Shown in pieces: positions 53,130 through 64,000 of a stretch of 64,000 nt of DNA. How positions within the stretch are numbered: the first letter of the stretch is position 1; each line of letters opens with the position of its first letter. The DNA is taken from positions 33,356,001 to 33,420,000 of the forward strand of contig CM114271.1 of assembly GCA_050084515.1 (NCBI GenBank). Direction: 5' to 3'. The position numbers and the translations under genes are program-made. The DNA is from Blasia pusilla. Its lineage: Eukaryota. The notes beneath the pieces were generated by a model. It was given only the letters and a program-made list of their open reading frames with translations. It was not told the origin of the DNA and did not search any database.

Positions 53130-54085
53130 TATTAGTCTCGACCCCCTCATGTTCGAAAACTAGACGGGCGTCCATGTGTTGTTTTCCCCAAAAGCAGACT
53201 CAAAGAGTTGAGAGCATTGGGAGGAGACTCCTACAAGATAAATTCACCACCAATGTAAACAATTGTGCGGCCCCGATTTGATTTAAGAAGAAATGTATCG
53301 ATTGCATTGCAGGCGGTGTTAGACTAAAGTAGTGTGATGATGTAGACATAAGCATAGTAGGGTACCCGTATGATTTTTGGCACAAAAGTTACATAGACTT
53401 TATATATACATAAGAAATGATAGCAAGAATTAAGGAATATTGTTCCACCGAATCATGTGGCAAATATCTTTCAATTTGTTTATTTCATCATGATTACCCA
53501 AAATTAATATATACATACATTCACTTTTAAGGATATATAAAAGGATTGTTAGTAGACGGTGGAGAAGAATAATGACGCTCCTCACACGTGGATCCGAGTG
53601 TATAAACTCTTTGAACTTGTGAAAATGGGGGAAGTGGGATGAGGTGGAGTAAAAGGTTTAGCCCCCCTTTGTCAAATTGAAATAGTGCCAACAATTTTTT
53701 GCAATACATGAAATATAATTAAGCAATCCATTTGTGAATAAGTAATTTTTAAATTTTATTTATTTAAAAACCGCATACGGGACATGCACAGAAAACACGG
53801 CAGCCTATCTGCTTTATGAGGCAAGAAGCAAGTGGTTATAAACATGTAAATTTTTAGAAAGAAGTAAAGTGATCCATAGTGACTTTGGTTCCATGGTGGG
53901 GCTCACATTGTAATTTGAATGACTTACTCTTAGAACGGTGGATGACCCAAAGCTTTTGTGCGCTAAATCTGATAAAGACCAAGAAAATCCCATAATAGCC
54001 TAGATCCATTTTACTTGATGCACTTTTAATAAATGAGTACATTGTAGCAAACACTATGTAATATCTTATCTTTTTGCAACATCTT

Positions 54086-54219
54086 TGTCGTGCGCATACA
54101 CAACGCTATACAACCCACATCGCTGGTCACATCTACACACCACACAACACCGATCTTCCCAACACATGAGTTGATCCATCCATAACTAAACACACTCTTG
54201 TATATACATCGAGACCACA
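54086..54219 (-). repeat. Diverged relative of the short Gypsy-DNMT LTR
   Basis: tgtcgtgcgcatacacaacgctatacaac..acatcgctg matches the 57151 copy over its first ~45 bp. Confidence 0.5.
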
Positions 54220-55189
54220 CAACAAAAATAAGAGTAAAAATTCCACACCTGACCTAAAACTCCACTACTGAATCTACATCGGCATATCTAGCCTCGCGTA
54301 CCAAAGTAGTTATTCGATACCTAAGACATGTTTTCCAATGCAATGCATCCAATGGATTTATGCTTGCTCAACCTAGATTTTTAAGTTATGCATACGTCCA
54401 CTTTTTACATCTGCAATATATTCAGACTCCCTACCTATAGCGTGAAAGCTACGACTCAGTACTTCGCCCTCCCTAGATCATAAAATTGATATCTAGATAG
54501 ACAATAGCTCTATCTCTTGCATTCACTTATTTCTTTGAGTAAAGCTTTTATTTGCTCTATTGGTTGCATATGTCTCACTTACAGATACTCACATGCCAAG
54601 ATTTCTTGATAGACATGTTTTAAGAAATTAAGTGAGTTGATTTCTATGGTAAGCAGCCTATGATAAGTAGGCTCCCTTAAATATTTCAGCATAGCGAATA
54701 CCATGTTTCACATATAGAAGTCGTACCACCTCACAGATGGGATTAACATCATTCTCCCTTTAGGCTATCTATTGCTTAGTTCATGCGGTTAATGCTTAAT
54801 GAGTTCCCTGCCACATTGATCGGAAATTTTCTCCCGCATGTGCAACAACATCCATATTTGATAGCCCTTACATTCCTTGATTTCTCGTAAAACATGCACC
54901 ATTATTTCTTTGTCCTAACAAAAATACTAATTGATACACGGAGAGCGTTGAGTATCAAAAGGTACAAAATAAACCGACCAGATAAGACAACTGCCAAAGT
55001 TCATTACCAGAGTTGGCCATAAACTTTTCTAGGAAAATGCATACTTCTTTGTGCTCTCACACTAAATACACACCTAAGTTCAAATACATGAATCTCTTTT
55101 CTTCGAGCTACTTTTGTTGTAACTTTATGTCATATCATGTCTGATATATATTACTCGTATCTAGTGACACTATCTGTTTACATAGTGAT

Positions 55190-55445
55190 ATTGCGCTTCT
55201 AATAACAATCCATGGATCATCTCTCTTGGGAGAGTGATTTGGCCATGATCTATTCTTCAAGAGTTTTGAGACTCTGATATATGTGAAGATGATTATTTGG
55301 AGAGACTTGTTATCTTAGAAGAGTTCCTTCTGTCATTCTAGGGATAATGGATGGATTGGACTTGTTAATTTTCCAATAAGAGTGCACTACCGCTCTTGGG
55401 AGAGCAACTCCACTATATCTCATTCTTGAGGAATTAGAGATTATC
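55190..55445. repeat. Diverged, inverted fragment of the 1.27-kb solo-LTR family
   Basis: ggatcatctctcttgggagagtgatttggccatgatctattcttcaagag is reverse-complement-similar to ~6425-6475. Confidence 0.65.
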
Positions 55446-55454
55446 GAGTATAGC

Positions 55455-56700
55455 TTGAATGATATTGATCTCCGAATATGATCAACCAAAGCTAGGACTC
55501 AATCTTGGAGAGAACCAAGTCAAACTCTAGCCTCTATTGTTGCACGCGCCCAACATGATCGAGAATAATGATTACCATTGTGGCTTTCTTCGCCTTGTTC
55601 TGTCAAGGCTTCTGGTACTTTTGCCTCTTCTTATTGCAAGTCAAGTTTTTGTCCAAAAACCTTGCCAAGCTCTTCATCTTCTTCTTTCTTGATGTCTATA
55701 TCCAATGCCCTCAGCATCATGATATATGCAATCATCTACCTCTTCCTCTTCATCATATCTATGATCAACTCATGAAAGTCACATTTGGTTATCCCCAAGA
55801 CTTCCCTAAAAAAGAACTCTATTTTTGCATCTAGAATCCTCTCCTTAAGAATCTCCTTCAGATTTGTGCTTGTTTTGATATCATATTATAGTTTGTATGT
55901 AGGAGTCTTACTCTTGGTCTTTTAAGGATATCTCATTTCTTCCTCCTTCATTCCAACTTCTTTCATGTAAAAGTTCATCATAGATTTCAGACGTAGAAGA
56001 CCCTTTTTCTCTTGCTGGCTGCACCTTTGGTTGCCCTTTCCTTTTTGTAGTTCTCGCTCTTCTTGCACCTTCTTCAAGATCAACACCATCATTATCACGT
56101 TTCCTCTTCTCTTCTACATTTGCACCTTTCCAACTAACATGTTTATCTTGGGCTAGGTATGCTTTAACACACCCAACCTCCAAAGGATGATGACGGATAG
56201 TCTCTGCCCTCGAGTTAGATGACGGATAGTCTCTGCCCCTTGTAGCATTACTTTGCATGGAAACTGTAATGTTTCACTCTTAGGTACAAACATAATAGCT
56301 GCTTTGATCTTCACTACAAAGGTCTAAGAATTTAATGTTGTAGTGGCAACACTTACTTGACCTCTCAATAAGCCCTTCACTCCTCTTGTATCAAAGTTTG
56401 TATTCATCGACATACCAGTCTGTGTTGAATTAATCTTTCCATATTTTAAATTTACAACTCCATTTGTAAGAGCTTCTCATAATTCCAACGTTGATGCTCA
56501 ATATTGTCACACCATATGCATTCTTCACAAGGCTCCTACTTGTTGAAGGAGCATCGACATTAGGATTCTTATCAAGCTTAAGCTCAACAATCTCAATTCT
56601 CGAATCTCTCAAACATTTCACCAACTCATCAATAGTAGAATCTTTGAGCTTTGTTGCTTAGAGCATAGGCAAGGAAGTCGAAATTGGTACTTCTAGACAT
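55455..56700 (-). pseudogene. Decayed gag-protease remnant of another Gypsy element
   Basis: ILDAKIEFFFREVLGITKCDFHELIIDMMKRKR followed by WARAT...LALVDH.SEINII (protease-like motif). Confidence 0.55.
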
Positions 56701-56747
56701 TGCAGCTCTATTTGTACTACGGCTCTACTTTATGAGGATGGCAACTA

Positions 56748-56970
56748 CACTAGAAGAAATAATGGTTTTTATGACTGGATCATAAGACATATCATAGTCA
56801 TATATGTACGTAAATTACTGGGAATGAGTGATGACTCATAGAGTCACAAAAGCCTAGTCATGTAACATGCCATGACTGGAGTGATTTTGGGATGACTCGT
56901 GTCGTTGTTGTGTGATATGACTAACACATCAACAAGCCTTGCCACGTTTAAAAAAATCTAGTCATATATT
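56748..56970 (+). mobile_element. CACTA transposon terminus with subterminal repeats
   Basis: CACTAGAAGAAA followed by many atgact/agtcat motifs; the opposite end was not seen. Confidence 0.65.
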
Positions 56971-57150
56971 ACAATTGCCACGTGAGCAAGGTTGCACGGA
57001 AACGGACAAGCCCAACATGACCACGGACATGGAATATTGGATGCCAGCACGGGTTTTTGTGGCGCCCAAATCGATCGCGTGGGCTTCAATTACAAGCCAC
57101 CAGTGCAGGCTCCGATGAAGGGTGCGGGCCTTGAAGCCCACGTCCAAGCT

Positions 57151-57276
57151 TGTCGTGCGCATACACATCGCTACACAACATACATCGCTGTCACCAAACT
57201 GAAACATAAACATGCAAGATCCCCTGCTAAATCATGGCATCCAAACAACGAGACAAGAAGTACCAAAATATCTCTA
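57151..57276 (-). repeat. Stand-alone copy of the 126-bp Gypsy-DNMT LTR
   Basis: Same length and ends as 7429-7554 (reverse complement); no TSD visible. Confidence 0.75.
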
Positions 57277-58844
57277 ATAAAATAAGATCCAATCTCTCTC
57301 ACAACACCATAGTTCTCACATGTGTGCACTCTCACATGTCTCTTTCAATGTCAACCCAAACCCACTCTCCTAATGAGAGGCTTGGGTAACATACACAAGG
57401 CAAGCAAGACCATAGCTCTGCCGTTTCATGCCAAGAGGTTCAACAAAGAGAGAATAAGCTCTCAAGCTCTCTCTCCTTGAGGTATACCCCTCCCCTCTCC
57501 CAAGCTCTCTCCATGGTAACCTATGCTCCCAAGTCACCTCCTTGGCTCTTGACATGATATAGGAGGTCAAGGAACACTTACCAAAAATATAAAGTCGATC
57601 GTATACTCAAAATGGTACTTACCTAAAATATTAAGTTCCTCAATATGGCTCCAAATGAGCCGAAACGAAGGGGAAACCTTCTCTCTCAGGTTTCCTAGGG
57701 CCTCAGTAGGTCATCCTCGATCTACTAAGACTATCCTCCACTACTCACGAAGGCGCTCTACTAGATCTCACCGATCTATCCTAAAACACGTGATAATTTT
57801 CGTGCGCATACACATCGCTACACAACATACATCGCTATCACCGAACACACACATAAATACGCACCATCCCATGCTAACTCATGTCATCCAAAAAACCAGA
57901 CAAGAAGTACCAAAATATCTCCAATCGCCTCCCTAGTTGGTCGTTAGGTCCCTCTAACTCCAGATAGCTATCTATCCCTACCTACTATGACATGCATCTC
58001 TTGAACGCTAAGAGCAAGAAGGCTAGGTGGTCATGGCCCCATCGTTAGTCGCCTTCTTGTCATCCATGTCATAGATATAAGTCGGAATGTAGAACTACCT
58101 ACTCTATGCATATCTGGGAGACATCCATCGTCCTTGAGGAACCCTAGTGAGAGGTGGCGTCAAACATGCCATATGCCATCCTCTTGAATATCCATCACAG
58201 ACTACTAGCATAGTGGCTGCACCACGGGCGAAACCACGCAACATACACCGCAAGCCTGCAGGAACTATTGCTAATTTTGGATCCAATGTACCATCAATTT
58301 TTGGAAGGTGACATGGCGCACAGTTACGCACATGGTCCTTCCAAACCATACCATCGCCTCCCTCCAATAAGAGAACACCGGATAGCAAAACCTCACACAC
58401 TCTGAAGATGGTGCATCTTGCAATCACATCCAATGTCGTGGGTGCTGTCTGCTGTAAGTAGACATAATTTCCTTGATGAAACCTCCTGATAGTGGGTCGA
58501 TAACCATCTCCCCAAATAGTCGCATACCTCAACGTATGTCGATGTTGCGCAATCGCCAAATTCTCAAACGTAATGGGCATCACTCTCCGAAATAACTCAG
58601 CCCTCTCAGAACATGCTCGCATCCATACATCAAGAGGATCAAGGTTCAACACCTCATCCATATCTTGACGAATGGCCATCGGTAAATCTGGCTCTCAGTC
58701 ATAAAGCAACAAGTACGATGAGAAAGACGCTAAGGATGTCTACCTGCTGAATCTATATCCCATCGCCAACCACGGCAACTGAAGGTCCCAATCTCCTAGG
58801 TGACCTCTGTACAAGCCATACTTGCGTAGTCCTCTCTTCACCAT

Positions 58845-60104
58845 TATCGTATCAAGAGCCTTTCTTCGAGTAAGGGCAGGCCTTCTAGCTGCGGCAGATG
58901 TGGTCGATGCGAGGTGAACCCTCTAAGAAGTTCTCCTTTTTCAATACAAAATTATCATGTATACTCTCCATTCTCTCACGATAGGTATCACAAATGGAAG
59001 TGCCAAGGCAATCACTTGTTCGTAACATTGGACCCCGAAATTCCTAACTATAAAATCCCTTTAAACTACTTTACGCTTGTACACGAAGAAGATAGCATAA
59101 CTAGTGTTAAATCCTTACTTGAGCAGGCCTATTGACGTCCATGGATTGCTATATAAGGACATAAAAAGTACAATCCCATGTCTTTCCATATGTGACGACA
59201 AGAAGGATCACCGGAGTTGGAGATTGAATGACCTGGTTCATGAACGCCTTCCCAAAGTGACAAACTAAATAGCGAGTGAACCAACGCCTATCTACAAAGA
59301 GTATCTTGACATGGTATGGATTGAGGAAAGGAAAGTCGGGCACAAATCATATTCCACCCCTATCCATGCTTGATAGACATTCTCTACTCTCCTCAAGAAT
59401 GGGTTTTGGCGGAGTTATTCTCCCAAGAGGGGTAATCCACTCTCATTAGGAAAGTAACAAGCCAAAACATTCACTATTTTAGTATGACTAAACTTCTCTA
59501 AGGTGACAAACCTCTCATCTCCACACACACACACCACACTCTAGAAACCTCTTGAAGAATAGACCATGGTCAAGTTATTCTCCCAAGAGGGGTGATCCAC
59601 TCTCATTGGAAGAGCAAGCAATCCCAAAGCCATACACTCAAGATGTGGAATAGAAGGTGATGAAACCTTGAAGGTCTCTCCTCTTTATATACTCACAAGA
59701 GATCCACAAGAGTACGAAATAGAACTAATCTTATCTTGTGCCACGTGGCTTCCTCTCAAGGCTTAGCCTATCACATTTGGACACAAGTAGATTTCCTCTT
59801 ATCTCTTCTAAAATATCCTCTTTTACCCACTTGATATTTTCCAAATTACCCCAACAAACCTAGCCACCAAACAATCCTACTTTTGCTTTTCACTAAAGCA
59901 CCAACCTCACTACTTTACTTTTATAAAGTCATCATTTATTTATTACCTCTTTTCCTAAAGTTGGGCCCGCATAAAAGAGCCACCATAAAGAGGTTTAAAC
60001 ATGGGAATTTCTTTTCCTAAGCTAATTTACTTAATACTAATAAAACTCTATCTAACACTTAATGAGGAAGGAGTTTACACACTAGCTGATTTTACCAAAC
60101 GACA
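58845..60104. mobile_element. Solo LTR (~1.26 kb), same family as 5722-6994, inserted in the integrase of copy 2
   Basis: Ends t(a/g)tcgt...acgaca; TSD ccat/ccgt; removing it restores VVQTVKRG. Confidence 0.9.
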
Positions 60105-62739
60105 CCGTCTGCACAACTCGCTGTGCTAGTCCATCCGTCTCATGATGATCTCGCAAAGTAGTGTGGTGGTCGATCAGTGCTTGATCAAACAAGGCCTGAA
60201 ACTCCCTGCGGAACTCTGTACCATGGTCTGTCAATACCTCAGTTGGGTGCGGCAATAACTCAACACTCGATCTATAAAGGCATACGCTACTCCCTCACTC
60301 GATTTGTCAGGAAATGCAACCAACTCTATCCACTTCGAGAAGTGCTCGACCATCACCAACACATAACAACTATGGCGCTCCGTCAAAGGCAAAGGTCCTA
60401 CAAAATCCAAACTCCATCTATAATCTAAACCCATGATCGGAAGTGGATGCAACTGTGGAGTTGGAGCATTGAAAGATGCTCAGACTCGATCATACACCAT
60501 GCATATGGCAAAAAACTACTGAACGTCGGTATGCAAGCCTCGCCACTTATATTGAATCTAGAGGAAGTAGTACGTGCGCTTCACTCCAAAATGACCCAAC
60601 TCCTCGTGGGCATAACGTACGAAACGTGCTCTCTGTGAAGGATGAGGCACTACCCGCACTCTACCATCTTCCCAAACTTGCAAGACATGTGTCCCCTCCC
60701 ACTGGAACCGTCTGGCTTGTTGTAGGATCCGATCTTGCTCTCTAGCATCCACTCTTCTCGCGACGCTGCCAGTACGTAGGTACTCCAAGACCACTCCATC
60801 GTTGTGAATATCTCAGCCACGTGCCGTCTCCTCACCTGCCTCTGGATCTAAGGACTCTCCATCGAAGTCTCAATAATTTGGCTCTCCATAGCCAACAAGC
60901 CCAAATAGGCTAACGCATGCCATCATGGCACCAACTCCTCATCACTCTCACCATGCCAACGAGCTCCAGTTGCATCTTTGTGACTCAGACATGGATTACG
61001 GCTCAAACTATCTGCATCATGGTTGAGCGTCCTAGGTCTATGCACCACCTAGAAGTCATACTCCTGCGACAAAAGAGCCCATCTTGCAAGCTCCCCCTTG
61101 TAAGCTTTTCCGACTCCATCAACCACTTAAGTGGTTGATGATCAATAATGATGGTAAAGGGATTTCCGAATAGATAACATCTGAAATGTGCGACAGTCCA
61201 CACTACAGCCAAGCACTCACCCTCATACAAGCTATACTTTGCCTCTGTAGCGTTCTTTGAGCGACTAGCATAAGCCACCACGAACTCTCTACCATCATCA
61301 TCATGTTGGGTGAGCACGGCTCCAAGCCCCAACATGCTCCAATCGGTATGCAACTGGGAAGGACGCCCCCTGATCAGTCTCCTCAATATGGACGCGAACA
61401 TCAATATGTCCTTGAGCATTTGAAATGCTCTCTCTTGCTCATCCCCCCAGTGCCACTCCTGATCCACCTTGGTCATCAAGGTTAGCGGCTTCGCAATCCA
61501 AGTGAAACCCTTAACGTACCGTCGATAGAAGTTCGCTAATCCCATGAACGCACGAACTCGACTCACATTTGTAGGCCGTGGAATGCATGAAATAGCCTCT
61601 ACCTTTGTTTGTTGGACACCAAGGCCCCCTAGGTATATCATATGACCCAAGTATTCAAGAGAAGAACTTGCACTTTCCTAGATGTAGCTTCAGCCCATGT
61701 TACTGCAATCGTCAAAACACCTCCTCTAGATGTCGCTCATGCTCCTCAACCGTGGCGCTAAAGACTACGATGTCATCAATATAACACCTAGCAAAATCCA
61801 TACCTGCCAAGATCCTATCCATGACCCTGTGAAACTCAGCCGGGGCGTTTCTTTAACCCGAATGGTTAGAACCGCTATTGGTACAAACAATCCTTCCCAT
61901 GAGGATCGATGTCCCAAAATGCCGTCTTCTGCCTGTCCTCCAATCTAATAGGCAGTTGATGATATCCGGCTCGCAAATCCAATGAATTGAAGACCTTTGC
62001 ATGCCCAATTGCATCAAAGACCTCCTTAGGGGTGGGCATGGCATACCTATCAGACTTCGTTTGCCGATTGATAGGTCGGTAATCTCCACACATTCGCCTA
62101 TTCGTCCAGTTGCCATACATATCCTTCTTGGCGGGCATGACAATCATAGATGCATACTCTCCGTGCGACATCTCCACTAGTCCTTCTCCAACCAAGTCCT
62201 GGCTCCTACTCTGAATCAGAGCCCTCTCCATGTCACTATACCTGTAGGATCGTCGAAAGATCGGCGTGTCATTTGATAACTCAATGCGGATCCCTAGACC
62301 CTTTAGCGTACCCAAATCATGCAAACTAAATGCAAAATAGGTCCTATAACTCCTAAGGAACAGGTGTATCCGGCACCGCTCTCCTCTTGTCAGCTTAGGG
62401 CCCATATCTGGCTCCCAAGTCTCCATCGTGACTACGGTAGGACTATTCGGCGCGGGTGACGGTGGTAGCTATGGTGCAAACCCATCTTGGACAATAGAAC
62501 TCTCATTTCCATGTGCAGTATCCGGAACCACACTCGATGTTGTGGCTATGATCTCCTGGCATACTTGCAAAACATCTCTAGAAGTCCAAGGATGTCTCTC
62601 CCCTAATGTGTCGATCTCCTCGAATCTTGCCTCCAGCCACTGCCTTAACCGTCCCGGTAGGCATGGGGCTCACCAACGCAACAGTTGTGATATGTCGCAT
62701 CCTCAAACGACGTTGCTCAGCTACTCCTCAGCTGAAAAT

Positions 62740-63690
62740 CCATGTCAAGGAGTTCAATTCCATCGCCTGATCCAAGACATGATGTCGTGATGCCTCTCAT
62801 AGTGACGGTACTACCGTCACTCCTTCGGGGAATCCCATCGCTCGCTCTCGCTCATCGGCGTTGGGATCCACCAACCTCTGTACATGGTCATCCCAAACCA
62901 AGCCAGTTCCGGCCTCCTTGAATGCATAGGAAGCGGGAAAACTCACCAATGCGGGAAAGGCTGTCCGTGGCCTGCCAATCCTGTTGATCACAGTCAACAG
63001 CGATTGATCATCTAGCCTCACTGCTTGGGATCGACGGCCCGGATCCAATATAGAATCCACCAACACTCGGAGGGGTGCTACACTCTCGCATATGCGCTCC
63101 GTAACACCTCGTGTGGTACCAAGTTGGTCCACCAAAGACGCAGGAAATGTGCTCGTGAACCCACACTCGCTGCATCTAACAACACTACCAAGCCGATCCA
63201 TGCGCGCACCTGATGTGCACTCGTCACTACTCGGGACCTTGAATCGCCCAAAATTGGCACATTCTCCAAAATGTATGCTGGAGAACAAGGCTGATGCCCC
63301 TGTAAATGTCGTAAGATCGACATCATCTCCCAAAACACCATGGAACGAGTGTCAGCTAACCCACTACCTTGTCCAGCACTCGATTGGTCTTGACATGGCC
63401 AACTACCAATGACCAAGTATATGGTCCCTACCCGCTCCAAGTCCTACGCCCCCAACAATGAAATGTCCCTCGATAGGGAACTCTGGTAACCCTGAATGGC
63501 GGACGTAGACAACAAGTCGGGAAAACGGAGGCATAACAGCACCACATGGTGAAGTGAAGCGCGCCTCACAACATCATCAATCTCCACATACAGGTTTTGT
63601 TGCACGCGCATTCTAGCATGCACAACAACAGCTAACACAATGCTGATCCCTCCAAAGAGATCCAACACCCGAATACCCTTCTCTAGGATG
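62740..63690 (-). pseudogene. DNMT3-like C5-cytosine methyltransferase domain (copy 2)
   Basis: IRVLDLFGGI (DLFGG 63648-63662), YVEID, WPCQ (63390-63401), LENV (63258-63266), RLWWTN, ERERAMGFPEGVT. Confidence 0.92.
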
Positions 63691-64000
63691 CACCACACAA
63701 TCGGGGTGGTGTCCAAAGGGGTCATAGCAGCACTCCTGTCTACTTGGGGTTCCTCTGACGCGTCACACTCTAGTGCAACCGTCTCGCTCTACGTGGTTTG
63801 CACATGCTCCATGGCTAAGGGTCCAAGCTCCTCGGTCGAGCCCCAAAGCGGCATCTCTCCTTCACGGACTAATGCGGCTATCATGATACTCCTCTGCATA
63901 GAAATGTCACGAATGGGAGTATCCTCTGCATGGACATGTCCCTCAATCAAATCACTAGGCCAAGTGATGGCACTGCTAAATGCTGCTTAGGTCGCCATCT

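Larger units (their letters stand above)
57798..64000 (-). mobile_element. Ty3/Gypsy-DNMT retrotransposon, copy 2 (runs off the window)
   Basis: LTR 57798-57923, PHD ~58110-58250, integrase, RNaseH (LHTDWS), RT, DNMT; colinear with copy 1. Confidence 0.93.

Overview
Eukaryotic nuclear DNA from a land plant, probably a bryophyte (inferred from spliceosomal introns, plant-type genes and TE families); roughly two-thirds is transposon-derived. Host genes: an 8-exon BRX1/Brix ribosome-biogenesis gene (8378-11097 +), a 5-exon uncharacterised gene (12933-15938 +) and an intronless UDP-glucose 6-dehydrogenase with one frameshift (49233-50677 +). Two unrelated transposons here each carry their own DNA methyltransferase. 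(1) Two decayed, inverted copies of a Ty3/Gypsy element (1-7554 +, 57798-64000 -) have a polyprotein reading protease - DNMT3-like C5-cytosine MTase - RT - RNaseH - integrase - PHD finger. (2) A Mutator-like DNA transposon of about 17 kb including a nested Copia (~28.6-46.1 kb) has a GCM-like/DDE/SWIM transposase head-to-head with an intron-containing gene. That gene encodes a ParB/Srx-like domain fused to a beta-class (N4C/N6A-type) amino-MTase. The introns and spacer of this element are filled with a 29-bp palindrome, TGCAACCCGTCGGANTCCGACGGGTTGCA. Also present: a full-length decayed Copia inside the MTase gene, solo LTRs, CRE-like LINE remnants, a CACTA end and hairpins. All domain calls are by-eye motif recognition; no searches were run.
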